Positions 11,067 through 23,479 of a DNA stretch of 64,000 nt are shown here, piece by piece. How positions within the stretch are numbered: position 1 is the stretch's first letter; the number at the start of each line of letters is the position of its first letter. The stretch is from Cycas panzhihuaensis (lineage: Eukaryota > Plantae > Cycadophyta): positions 137,709,741-137,773,740 of the forward strand of contig CM041465.1 in assembly GCA_023213395.1 (NCBI GenBank), in the 5' to 3' direction. The notes under the pieces were generated by a model. It was not told where the DNA came from. It saw nothing but the letters and a program-made list of their open reading frames with translations, and did no database searches. A program made the position numbers and the translations under genes.

Positions 11067-12840
11067 TCACGAGTAAAACTTCTTAAGGAATTTCCCATTA
11101 ACGGCTTTCTCAAATTCAAGACCCTCCGTGGTGGCAATCCCAGAGGCGCCTGCTGCACGAGGCTCTCGATAATGACAAAGGGGCCAACCCATCTGGGCTT
11201 GAATTTGGCCAAGCAGCCAGAAGATATTCCAGTTTGAGGACATGGTCCCCAGGAAACAAAGGACGGGAACGAAGATGTTTATCGTAGGTCCTTTGTGAGC
11301 GAGCTTTGGATGCTAGGTTAGCCTGGTAGGCAGCTAAGCATCTCTTACCCAAAGCTTCGAGGTCCAGGAGGCGAGCCTGGTGGATCGACTCCTCATCGAT
11401 GAGACCCCGAAGAGAAACTCGCAGGGAGGGAATCTCAGCTAGGTGGGGCACGGAGCCCGCTAAGTGCTCAAGCAAGGCTTCATCGTCTTTGAAGTAATCC
11501 ACCCCATGGATGACCTTACTTCGAATAGATGAAGTGCTGGAGGAAGTAGGAGCAACAGGACCATGGTGGTCATCAGGTTGCCCAACGTCCTCGACAGACT
11601 CTAAGGGAGAGTCAAGAAGGGGCTCCTCGGAAGGAGCGAAAGGTAGTTTTTCAAAACCATCACCTACGGGGGGTGGTGAAAATGAAGAACCAGGGACCTG
11701 TGGGTCAAAACGTGTAATGATATGTGTCACAAAAGGATGACTAGTCTCACTAACGAAAGAGGTTCTAGGTGGGGATCTAGAACGAGATAGGTGCATCCTA
11801 CTAGTGTAGAGGAAAGAAACGGGGTGAAGAAAGCCCTCATCCTCGTCATGAGACTCATTGTCGCTAAACGAGGCGAGGTACCCGTAGCTCCCAACACCAA
11901 TAGGGGCAAAGCGCATAAGACTATGAGAAGAGGATGCGAGATCTTCTTCGATGTGAGATGGATCGGGTATGCCGATGGAGCAAGTCAAGGCGTGAGCAGA
12001 AGGGCCTTGGCTTGCCTGATTAACAGGGTGAGTTTGTTTAACAGGTGGATGCTCACGGAAGACAACTCTCATCCATCCATCATGGACGAACTTAAGGTGC
12101 CCCCAACAAGTCGAACACACGGCTCCCATCTGGTCAAGCCATGGTCGACCCAAGAGGAGATTGTAGTCAACGTCAACGTCAAGGACTACAATGTCTGCGA
12201 GGACAGTCTTGCCCTCGAGAGTGAGTGGGATCGAAACAGATCCCAATGGGGTCTTTTTGCTACCGTCGTAGCCTTGGCATCGCCATGGAATAGGTTCCAA
12301 GGCGGAAATACTAAGCTCTTGCATAACACGCAAGGGCATAGCATTCACGGAAGAACCGTTATCGACAACAGTTCTTCGCAGAATGCAGTCGGTGTCTATG
12401 GTGATGGTGAACGGGAAGTTCTATTGGCATTCCCTTTCACACGTAGGGGCAAGATCTTTAGGATCAAAAGAAATGACAGGCTCATGGCTTTGGGTAACAC
12501 CCAAAGCATCAATGGGTACGTCACTCGATCCTAAAGCTTCCATAAGGAGTGTTCGTTGTTCAGGACAACTCCTCAAAACATCCATCAATGACATTCCCGT
12601 AGCGACAGTATGGAGTTCGTCAACAACAGAGAAAGGCTTACCCTTCGTAGTAGGTTGGGTAAGCGCCCTTCGAAAATTGTAATGACCATGACGTATGGGA
12701 ATGGCCTTAGGAAAAAGTATCACTTCTAGAGGGGAGTTTCCCAGAAGAGGATCAGAGTGCAGAGCAGAAGAAGAGGCGCCAGCTACCTCTTTAGTAGCTT
12801 GGGACCGAGTAAGGACGTACAAAGGAGTAGCCTTAAGCAT
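11067..12840 (-). pseudogene. Aspartic protease plus spacer fused to integrase C-terminal (GPY/F) tail
   Basis: ORFs 12421-12840 and 11116-12348. DNG active-site motif just upstream of 12348. No RT (YxDD) or RNaseH motifs between the protease and EIPSLRVSL. Confidence 0.85.
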
Positions 12841-12849
12841 TTAGATCGC

Positions 12850-15064
12850 CTTCTTTCCCTTATTCTGGGACTGCGAAGGTGATGGAGTACGTCTGTTAGG
12901 GGAACGAGAGGAAGAGGATGAATCCCGAGCGTCCTTCCCTTTATCGCAGGTAGGACGGGAATTCAGGGATCTTCCCGCCCGGCCATTTTGGGCTGAGTCT
13001 TATGATCGCGTTCCCCATGTTTGGGGAACGGATCCTTGTGGACTGGTTGGTCTGGATTAGGCCTTGAGGCCCGTTTAGGGGATGAGTCATATTGAGGGGC
13101 ATCCATGAGATGTTGGGCACTACAACATGAGTCATCATGGAAGCACTCCCCATGAATGGAACACCACTTCTTCTCAAGCAAAGAATCTGTCTTCCTTGTT
13201 AGAGAGGATTGGGTGTTACCATTCCTGGGGAGGGAAGCTTGAGTAGCTTGTTGGATTTGTTTGTTAGAAGTTGGTAATAAAGGAGCTTATAGTTTGAGTT
13301 CTTTCATCATACATTCAAATGAATGTATAGCGGATGTAAGTGGGTCTAAAGTCTTCTCAGTTGGATGAGAAGAAGACCTAGAAGATTGTTGAGGTTTAAT
13401 ATCTTTAGTTGGAGGTGGTGCCTCACGTCACTGTGAAGGCTTGAGAGGCTTCTTGAGTCCAGCCTAGATCTTAATAGCCTCAAGTGCTAAGCACTTTGCA
13501 ATAGCATAGTTACATGTAGTCACCCCCATTTTAAGGACTTCTACGTAGACTTTAGGGTGAAGTGCATTAACGAAGAGATCCCTCTTCAACTCCTCAGGCA
13601 ACGTAGCCTTAGTGGAATGAAGAAGGTCATGGAACCGCCGCACAAAGTCACGATTCATCTCATCGTGACCTTGTTTGAGCGATAAAAGAGATCTCATTCC
13701 ACTTTCAAATGGGCGAGCAACATCAAAATAATTGATGAACTCGTCCACAAGTTACTGGAACGAAAAAATGGAATGAGCTAGAAGACGATAAAACCACTTA
13801 AGGGCATTGCCTTGTAAAGATCGAGGGAATAGTTTAATTAAGATGTGGTCATAGGCCCAGTAATCAATACACGCCATAGAGAAACTACGAATGTGCTCCG
13901 TTGGGGGTTGTGAGGAAGTTCCAGTCAAATTTAGGAACTTCGGAGGATGAGGCGATGATTGGTTCTTAATGCCTCAACAGATAGTGGTGTTGATCTATAG
14001 TCCATGAAGGACGTGCCTTGCCCGGACTAGGGATCGACGAATGATGCAGTAGGTAGTGAACAAGGAACAGATGGGAGTGATAAACCTATCCCTCCTTGAG
14101 GAAATGCCCCTTGTTAGAAGGGGGCTTGAGGATAAGTGCCTTGAAAGAGAGTTGGGTTCTCATGAAGGCGCAAAAGAGGCTATGCTAGATGGTAGAAAAG
14201 GACAGTGTGGAACCAGGTTTTGTCTGTATGGGCCACCCGTGGGTGGCGCAACCCCATATGGATGTAGCAGGTCCACCCCGTAAGCTGGAATATGATTCCC
14301 TTTACCCTGCCCCCAAGGTTGAGAAGTATAACCTGGGGGTATGTAAAGAGAAGGACCATGGGATTGGTTTTGAAGATACGTGGGAGCGGGTCCCACACGA
14401 CTAGTGGTAGAAGCGTTAGCAGGCCCCCTAGGCCTACTAGGGAACACATGTGCCACATTAGGACGTGGCACATTGGCTTGACTCAGAAAAGGTATGCTAA
14501 CCCCAAGCTGGGAGAAAGACATACCTTGAGAGGGTCCCAAAGAGCTAGGACCATGACGAGGAACGGAAGGTGCAACATGTGTCCCCAAAACAGTTGTATG
14601 TATGGAGTGGGACAAATATGTAGGCACGAAAGGATTAGTCATTACAGCAGGTGTAGATGCGGATGAAGAAAGTGGGAGAGGAGCGGACGAGGAAAACGCC
14701 CACCACGAAAAGCATCTTCAAACCATCTAGGACAAGGTTGAAGACGAAGGCCAAAGCACTCGTTAAGAGCTTCAACCACGCCGGAAGGGCTATCAACATG
14801 ATCATAAGAAGTAGATGGGACTTCAAATGAAGTAGACCCCTCAGGGAACTCCTCATAAGAATCACCAACTGGATTGTAAATCTCAAGAGGAGATGGTCCT
14901 TCTACCGTATGAGTAGAAGGATGGGTGTCAAGTGGGTGACGTTGGTCACCCGGGTAGTAAATAGGATCGTCACCCTCTTGTGTGGATCTCGGAATAGATG
15001 CGGGAAACTCATGAGTTCCCGAGACCAAGGTGTGATAGGCTCAATCAGAGGGGTATCCTTCCAT
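12850..15064 (-). pseudogene. Ty3/gypsy gag: Pro-rich N-terminal region, capsid, Cys/His motif; several stops and frameshifts
   Basis: LSLKQGHDEMNRDFVRRFHDL and LFVNAL capsid motifs; upstream LIKLFPRSLQGNALKWFY; ORFs 14160-14642 and 14642-15028 are Pro/Ser-rich. Confidence 0.85.
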
Positions 15065-16302
15065 GGTCGAATTAGAATCTGACGATGAAAGAGGACGATA
15101 CCTGGGATCTTCTAACAATGGAGGCAAACCACATAGGCAATGAGAGAAGCATCGCATACAAAGCTTGCCAACACTTTAGAAGAAGGAAAGAGCCACAAGG
15201 AGTGCACGTTGGGGGCTGCCCAACGGAGGAGATAAAGAGAAAGGAACCACTAGAAGGTAGTAATATCAACAGGAAGGAATGAGAACTAGTTCCCTTACTG
15301 GCAAGTCCCCAATATGGTCGCCAGTGGATGCGTGTCTACGGGATAATCACCTAGCTGAGTAGAAATAGCGAGGATGATCAATAATGGTATCAAGGGTGCA
15401 GATAGAAACCTACAAGCGAAGCGAGTACCACGCAGGGCTCCCCGTGAGCTGGAGCACGAGTTCGGGACCTGCAAATGATACCCAACTACCTGAGAGTGGT
15501 TCCCCACCTCAAAGAGGAAGGGGGAAAGTGAGAGAAGTAGCCTGGATAGACTTAGGAAGAAAGTCCTCCCACCCTTGGATGGTCGGAAGGGGAGGAAGAG
15601 AATACCCAAGGGTTTCCCTATGATGGAGGGAAACAAGCGGGAGTAAGGTAAGTGATAGCCTACTACAGTGCTAGGATCTTCTCGATTATTTGATCGAGCA
15701 AATAGAGCCGAGAAGAGGAGAAGGGAGCGGGAGTGGACAACAATCCCAAAATCTCCCTTAATGATTCGACCAGGAAGGCGAGAGTGATGTGGCATATGCA
15801 AGCAAACAAAACCAAACAAAGAAAACAAGCCAAAAGGGGCAAGGATTGGTTTTGCAAGCTGAAGAAAAGATGAAGGAAAAATCTCCTAAAGTCTTTTCTC
15901 AGAGTGAATGTGGTGCGTAATGTGTAAATATATAAATGCGAGTAAAAGATATTAATTTCCTTTTCCCTTTTATGTTTGACCTATTTAACTAATGCATAGA
16001 CCACAACTAAAAGTACGAAAAGGAAAGTGAGGACAAGAGGAAGAAGTACGTACTGTGAGAGTAGCTAGATAGGAGACCTCGCTCATGTGCCACGTACATC
16101 CTCGCCAAGCCCACAGATAATGGAGGGGCTTCCTTACCTTCCCCTTGTGAAAGGAAAAAAAGAAAGGAAACAAAAATGAAAGCAAAGAGCAAACACACAA
16201 GAGACCTTACCCGGATCGAAGTGCTTGACACCTTTGCGAGAGCACCGCGGCAACCTGCACATGCACAAACCTATCCCTTCCAAGAAGGGGTTGCAAGAGA
16301 CA

Positions 16303-16550
16303 ATCTATATAAGCTTTATGTGAGTACGATATACACTGGCAATTGTAATTTGGCTATTATAGAAAGTAGTCATAATGTAGGTAGGACCCAAGTATCACTT
16401 GTTGGTAAAACTATCTTGTGGCATCAAAGATTAGGCCATATTAGAGAGAAAAGCCCCTATAATTTAGCCATATTAGAGAGAAAAGCCCCTATAATTTATT
16501 CTTCAAAGGTATGGTTGAAGACATCCACAAATTTATGGTTTATTATATAA
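16303..16550 (+). mobile_element. Ty1/copia GAG-pre-integrase fragment
   Basis: NLYKL...TILWHQRLGHIREK motif; abuts the gypsy LTR segment. Confidence 0.75.
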
Positions 16551-18179
16551 CCACTAGTGGTTGGCGTAACTCTTGAGAATGTACTTTTGTTAGTAAGAAG
16601 CGTATGTTAATGCTCATAATTAAAATGTGTATGTAGGTCACTGGGGCTACTAATGGAAATAAAGGCCTAATGCCTCTTCGATGAGATCCATTTTCTAAAT
16701 GGCTAATTTGCCTATTTAAGGCCCTATGGATATGAAAGAAGATTAGTTTGTGAATGTGAAATTACTATTGCCCTTTAGTATGATCTTTTAATATTTATTT
16801 TAGTGTTTATTTATACTCTTTTTCTATGTTCTATTTTCTATTTATATATAAAGACAGACTAAGAGAACTATATTAAGTAGTATCATAGCTCAGTTATATA
16901 ATAAATGGGAACTATAGAATAGGTAAAAATCAAGGAAATTTTTTCCCTCCAATATGATTAAGTACTTTCTTTACACAAGTAGAGATTGAGAAAAGATTAC
17001 CTCTCAGTACTCTCTCTATAGGGATATTGAGGAATAAAATCAGCGGCATTCAAGACTCATAAAGAAATGGAAATTTTATTTCCCCTTAGTAATGCTCAAC
17101 ACCTTTTCTTTGAATTTGATTTAGTTCAGTTCAATTTTATTTCAATTACAATACCTGTATTGTTAGTCCAAGGGTAGATAACTCCACTTAGCAGCTATAC
17201 TTTTCCCTTTTGATCCTCATTCCTAGGTAGATAACTTTGTGTAGCAACTACCTAAAGTAGTTAGATAGAGACCCTATACTAGCGGTCTATAAAAATCATA
17301 ATGATCTTTCATTCTGGCTAAGCATAATGTGAGTTTTCTGCCCTTTACATGAAGGACTAGAGATAACGCTCCTGAACTAAGCCCTATAGACAAAACTTAG
17401 CTATAGAATTGAGCCTCCATGTACCTTTGGGCATAGAGGAGGATCCCTTTAGGTCTTGAATCCTTCTTAATGTAGACAACTTATTGGTCACTAAAGTCTT
17501 GTAGTGTATTAGTTGGCGATTAGTGCCATGAAGCTACCTGTTCTTATATTTTACATAAAAAGTTTATTAATATGCTTTTAAGACCAAGTACACCTTTTCT
17601 AGTGGTTGGTAGGATACCTTGTTACTACTCACATCATGCTTACAATATTCTACTTCTTACTTAAGATCTAAATACACAGGATAATAGACCTTTAATTGAT
17701 AACTTCACATGCTAAACATAACCATGTAAGTAACAATCTATCAATAACAATTCTAGCTCACAAAGAAAAAATAACTACCAATAGTTAGATTTATTAAAAG
17801 AAAGTAATTTCCTACTCTACTGAGAATTCTAATTTTTAAAATACTTCCTAGATTTGAAAACAACTAACACAGTTAGATTTAGGTTTTTATTAAAAAAAAA
17901 TGTCTATAATATGAAAATACCTAGGGTATTATGTCATGCTGATCATTTTTCATTAGGGTAGTTTTAACTTAAAATTTTAGGGTATAATGATATATAGGCA
18001 TCTCTGGGACCCATTGCCCAAAAATTTCACTTAAGACCCACCTATCCTACTTTAACGAGCTTCTCATGCTTGTTTTGGTATACTAGGTAAATCTATTATA
18101 CTTTTAGGGTCAATAGGCTATAAACACCTTACAACTGCACCCCCCACTTATCATTCCCTCACTTAACTCCTAACCTCTT

Positions 18180-21100
18180 TAGTAGTCCACCCCATGGATG
18201 ACCACGCTTTGAGAAGACGAGGGGAGAGGAGTAGAAGGAGCAGTGGGACAAGAGCTCCGACCCACCATTAGATATACCTAAGGGATTTTTTAGAAGAGTC
18301 AGAAGGGGTCCTCTTGTGAGAAACAATAAGAAGCTCCCTCGCTTCATCGCCTACAGAGGGCAACAAAGTAGAAGATAGAGTGATATGGGGGATTGCATGA
18401 TTGGTAGGAGCGATGATATGTGATCCAAGAGGAAAGTTGGTCTCGCTAATAGGAGAAAGTTCAAGTCTGGACCTAGAACGGATAGAGTGCCTCCTACTTG
18501 CATTTAGGAGGGATATGGGATGAGGAAGGTCCTCATCCTTGCCATTGGATTCGTCGTCACTAAGCACGACGAGATACCCATAGCTCCCTATGCCAATAGA
18601 GATGAAGTAGATGAGATTTAAGGAAGAAGAGGAGGGACCTTCTCCCAAGATAGATGAGCCAGGAATATCGATAGAGCAAGCAGAACTGTGGGCAAATAGA
18701 TCCTTATCGCCCTTTGCCTTATCGCAAGCTGCTTGACGAGGTTGGCGGGTTTGTTTGGTGGGAGGAGGCTCTCGAGAGATAACCTTCATTTGCCCTTCAT
18801 GGACGAATTTAAGTCGTCCCCAACGAGACGAGCACACAACTCCCATTTGGTTGAGCCATGGGTGTCCCAACAAAAGGTTGTAGTTGACGTCGACGTCGAG
18901 AACTACAATGTCAGTTAGGACTGTTTTGTCCTTGAGGGTGAGTGGAATGGACACTGATCCTAAGGGTGTCGTTTTGCTACCATTGTAACCTTCACACTGC
19001 CATGGAACTGGCTCTAGAGCTAATATGCGAAGCTCTTGCATGACGTGTAAGGGCATAACATTGATGGAAGAACCATTGTCCACAACGGTTCTTCGAAGAG
19101 TGCAGTCGGGAGTATCAATAGTTATGGTGAAGGGATAGTGCCATTGGCATTCCCTTTCATCGGTTGGAGGAAGATCCTTGGGGTCGAAGGAGATGGTAGT
19201 TTCGTGGCTTAGAGTAATGCCTAAAGCGTGAATGGACGCGTCACCCAATCCCAAGGCTTCTAAGAGAACTTACACTATTCAGGACAACTCCTCAAGATGT
19301 CCATTATGGACATCCCCGCGGCCATAGTGTGAAGCTCGTCGACAACAAAGAAGCACTTCCCCTTCACGGTAGGTTAGGGTAGGGCCCTTCAAAAGTCGCA
19401 ATGACCGAGGCACACAGGAATAGTCTTTGGGAGTGCAGGGACTTCCAGAGGAGGGATTTTTAGAAGGGAATCAAGGTGAGGTATGGAAGAAGAGGCGTCG
19501 TTCGCCTCTTTAGCCACTTGAGACTGGGTTAAGGCGTATAATGGTGTGGTCTCGAGCATCGAAATGACTCTCTTTCCCTTGCCTCAGGATCGAGAGGATG
19601 AAGGAGTGTGACAATCGGGGGAACCATAAAGAGAGGACAAATCCCTTGTACCCTTCCCTTTGGCTTGCAAAGGGTGAGGGTTTGGGGACCTCCCTCTATT
19701 TTGGTTACCCCTTTGCTGGTTATTGCGATCACGTTCCCATGTTTAGGGAAAAGATCCTTGTGGATGGGCTGGTCTAGGTTTGGCCTAAATGCCCGTTTGG
19801 GAGAAGAATCACGTTGCAGGGCAGCTCTAGGGTGCTGGGCCCGTCATTGTGAATCTTCATAGAAATACTCTCCATGGATGGAACACAATTTCTTTTCTAG
19901 GGAGGAATCGAGCTTTCTCGTTTGAAAAGATTAGGTGTTACCCTTGAGAGGAGCAGCTTGAGAGGCCTAGTGAACTGGTTTATGAGAGGTGGGGGATGAA
20001 GGGGCTTGGAGTTTAAGCTCCTTCATGGTACATTCGAATGAGCGTATAGTGGAGGTGAGAGGATCCAAGGTCTTCTCTGTTAGGAAGAAGACCTAACAGG
20101 CTATTGGACTTTAGTCTCACAGAGTGGTGGAGGTGCCTCATGCCGTTGTGAGGGCTTGAGAGGCTTCTTGACACCCGCTTGGATCTCAATAGCCTCGAGT
20201 GCCAAGCACTTGGTTATGGTGGAGTCGCATGTTATTGCCCCCATTTTAAGGACTTCAACGTAGACTTCTAGGCGAAGGGTGTTGATAAAGAGGTCTTGCT
20301 TCAGCTCCTCAGGTAAGGTTGCCTTGGTGGAGTGAAGCAGGTCATGGAAGCGTCTCACAAAGTCACGATTCATCTCATCATGACCTTGTTTAAGAGATAG
20401 AAGGGCTTTCATTCGGCTCTGGAAAGGACGAGCTATGTCAAAATAATTGACGAATTCATCCACGCGTTGTTGGAATGAAAAGATAGAATGTGCTGGCAGG
20501 TGATAGAACCACTTAAGGGCATTACCTTGAAGAGATTGTGGGAAGAGTTTCATAAGGATATGGTCATAAGCCCAATAATCGATACATGCAATAGAAAAGC
20601 TATGGACATGCTCCGTTGGGTCTTGCGATGAGGTTCCATCAAATTTGAGAACCTTGAGAGGGTGAGGCAGTAAGTTGGTCCTTAGCACCTCAATAGATAG
20701 GGGTGTCGATCTATAGTCCATAAAGGGGCGTGCCCTTGACTGGACCATAGGATCGATGAGAGATGGAAGAGGAGGTAGACAAGGTTGCCCAAATCCTCCT
20801 TGGGGAATTTGATTCGAAAGGGGATATTGGCCTCCTCTGGTTTAATGAGAAGACACTAGTCCCACATTCGAAGGAATATACATAGGAGCAGATGGGGGTG
20901 AAGGACCCATCCCTCCTTGAGGAAATATCCCTTGTTGGAAAGGAGCCTGAGAGAAGGTACCTTGGGAGAGAACTTTCCCTCCTTGCAAAGGTGCAACATG
21001 AGGTGTGACATGGGAGGATTGAAAAGAGGGGTGTAGAATTGGGGTTTTGCCTATATGGGCCGCCCGTGGGTGGTGTGACCCTATATGGGTGCAAAGGGTC

Positions 21101-21600
21101 CACCCCATAAGCTGAAAGGGAGATTCCCTTGCTGTGCTCCTACGGTTGAGAGATGTAACCTAGGGGCACGTAAAGGGAAGGATCCCTAGTTTGAACTTGG
21201 GAGTGTGTGGGGACAGCTCCCACATGGCTAGAAGTAGGGGTGTGTGCAGGTCCCTTAGATCCAATAGGTGGCGGATATACTATAGTCGGCAGAGGTGTAG
21301 TCGTTTGACTAGAAGGGGTCATGCTCAACCCAATTTGGGAAGAGGATATGCCTTGGGTGGTCCTAAAGGATCATGGACTATGAGGAGAGGAAGATGAGGC
21401 AAAAGATAAACCCATCGTAGGTAGAGGAGTTAAACAGGATGGACGAGGTAAGGCAGATGTAGAGGAAGGAGGCGCAACGCTTCGCAAGATGCTCTCAAAC
21501 CACTTGGGATGTGGTTGGAGGCGAGGACCAACCACATAGTGTATATAATCACATCCATTCAATGGGATGGATGTGAGAACCAAGTTAGTGAATTCCAACG
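18180..21600 (-). mobile_element. Second, diverged copy of the Tat/Ogre-like gag-protease region, truncated at both ends
   Basis: ORF 20101-20748 (gag: ILMKLFPQSLQGNALKWFY, LSLKQGHDEMNRDFVRRF) and ORF 18268-19254 (VVDNGSSINVMP, YNLLLGHPW, GIGSYGYL). Collinear with 11490-14780; homology ends at VIHGVDY near 18181. Confidence 0.9.
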
Positions 21601-21699
21601 GTTCCTAATATGGTACTGTTGACCAGTCAGACCGAATGGACCTTATATGATGTAATTTTAACTATTGTCTAATGAAATAAAAAGAGTTATGTGAACAAT

Positions 21700-23112
21700 T
21701 GTGTGTACTTATTGTGGAATGCATGTGAATTGTGGACTTATATGAATGATTAACTAAAGAATATGTATGTTGACCACCTGCACACACCCTAGACTATAGT
21801 GGAAAAGCCTTGACAAGTGAAGAACTGCAGTAGGAAGTAGATTTCTTAGTCAACGCTTATACTGAACATGTCTGTTGTAATTGAGTGAGATGATGTATAA
21901 TCAGATTCCAAGTGTTCTTGTATTGCTCTATGAGGTTTGTTTTTAGGGAATGTTAATTGTTGCCCATTGCCTTCTTGCATGTTCTTTTCTACCAATGGAA
22001 CCATTGAAGTTCCTTATCACATAAAGGGAGAGATGCTATTAAGACTTGCTCTTGATTGTGTAGGGTGTATGCCTGGAAGTAGATTTCCACCTGGAGTATC
22101 CAACTGTGAATATCTCTTGATTTGTTAGGACCATTTAAGAAAAAAAAAAAATTGTCCCTTTGATGCCATTTTTTGGTTCAAAATCCCTTTGATTTCTTTG
22201 CTAGTGGTCCCTTTGGTTCTTTTGTTCATAGAATTCTTTTTCAAACTCCCAACAATCTTTGTGTTTCTGAGATTTATCTTGTCTTCAAGTTTCTCCTTCT
22301 TCTTTAATCTTGTCCAACCTCTTGAGTATGCTGTTCAGTGAATTCTTGAGGTCATTTAGGGTTCCTTCTAAATGTGTGTCCATGCTTTATATCTTATCAT
22401 TCGCTTGGTTGACCCTTTTATCTATGTCTCCTATTGTTACTAACAGGGTATTCACCATCTTGTTTTGTTAAAGAGTCCTTCCTGACCTTAGTTCCATTTG
22501 AAAGGAAGTTGGGTAAGGAAAGAAAGGGAGGATAGCATTTCCTTATTTTCACTTTGACTTCCTTTGTTATAATAAAGTTGAATCTCCTTCAGAATGGCTT
22601 CTAACAAACCTCTAATACCGCTTGTAGCAATGCCATAAACCAAATTTATCGAAAACTAGGAAAATAGTGTGTAATATACATAAAGAATGCAAGCCATCTA
22701 ATATTTGATATCACACAAGAGAGTACTTAACCAAAATAGATAAATTAAGCTTTTAATATCAATTTCGAATATAATAAATGCTATGTACAGCTTACAGAAA
22801 AAATCACCAGATTCTATCTTTCTCTTCCAGGCAAGGTTCCCTCCCAAATTGCAGCCCTAAAGGCCAAAAATGCAAAGAACCACTATTCACTTTGGATGCC
22901 CTAGGAAGAGGCCCAAGATCCTTATAAATAGGCAACACAAATGGCGCTAAGTAACTCGTCCAAAAGGAGGATGGAAGTAAGCTAGAATAATCATTCAAAG
23001 TTGGTTAGAATACATTTCGAAGTTGGCCAAAAAATAAGGTAATTCCTACTCACTTTAAGTCGGACAAACAACTCTTTAGAAGTTGACTAGATAGGAGGAA
23101 AGGAATGCTACA
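21700..23112 (-). mobile_element. LTR (22623-23112), degenerate Met-PBS and gag remnant
   Basis: TGTAGCA...TGCTACA termini. CGGTATTAGAG PBS-like site on - at about 22610-22620. Downstream MELRSGRTL and DIHSWILQVE gag-like remnants. Confidence 0.6.
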
Positions 23113-23479
23113 TAGGTCTTCATTATATCCATAGCCTCTCATCATTCGCTAATGAGCTTATATAGAGTGAAACATGTTCTAATTACACAATATACAATTT
23201 GAGTTGTTAATGGAAGACTCTTTTGCAATGTTCTATTAAATCTCTTTTGAATCTCTCGTGTGTTTTATTGCATCTACTGTTTGCTCACTTTATTAAATAT
23301 TTTGCTTGCACTTTTCCTCTAAGTAATATGTATTGCTCATTATATTTTCCTCTCTAAAACAAGATGTTCTATTTGAGTCTAAGCTATCATAAACCAACAC
23401 AACAAGATCTTTCAAGACATTCCAAAAGGGCAATAGAGTTAATGAGCATGCAATACAGTTAATACTAGGAGTTGCACTA

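Larger units (their letters stand above)
8590..16302 (-). mobile_element. Non-autonomous Tat/Ogre-like Ty3/gypsy LTR retrotransposon: 5' LTR part, PBS, gag, protease, integrase tail, antisense PMD; 3' LTR missing
   Basis: LTR segment 15325-16302 ends ...ATCCA and is followed by PBS TGGCGACCATATTGGGGAC (15305-15323, tRNA-Arg-like). Retrotrans_gag motifs at about 13460-14000. CSIHGECFHDDSCC Cys/His motif. Protease VVDNGSSVNAMP...YNLLLGRPW. Integrase tail EIPSLRV, KFKPRWVGPF, VNGKFLKKFYS* ending at 11067. Confidence 0.88.

Noticed and set aside
11791-12682. 247-aa and 99-aa plus-strand ORFs
   Set aside because: Antisense shadows of the protease frame with no recognisable motif; only a 61-aa ORF appears at the equivalent site in copy 2.
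15295-15857. 177-aa hydrophobic ORF as an Ogre-type extra 5' ORF
   Set aside because: It lies inside the LTR and spans the PBS; pyrimidine-rich composition explains the hydrophobicity.
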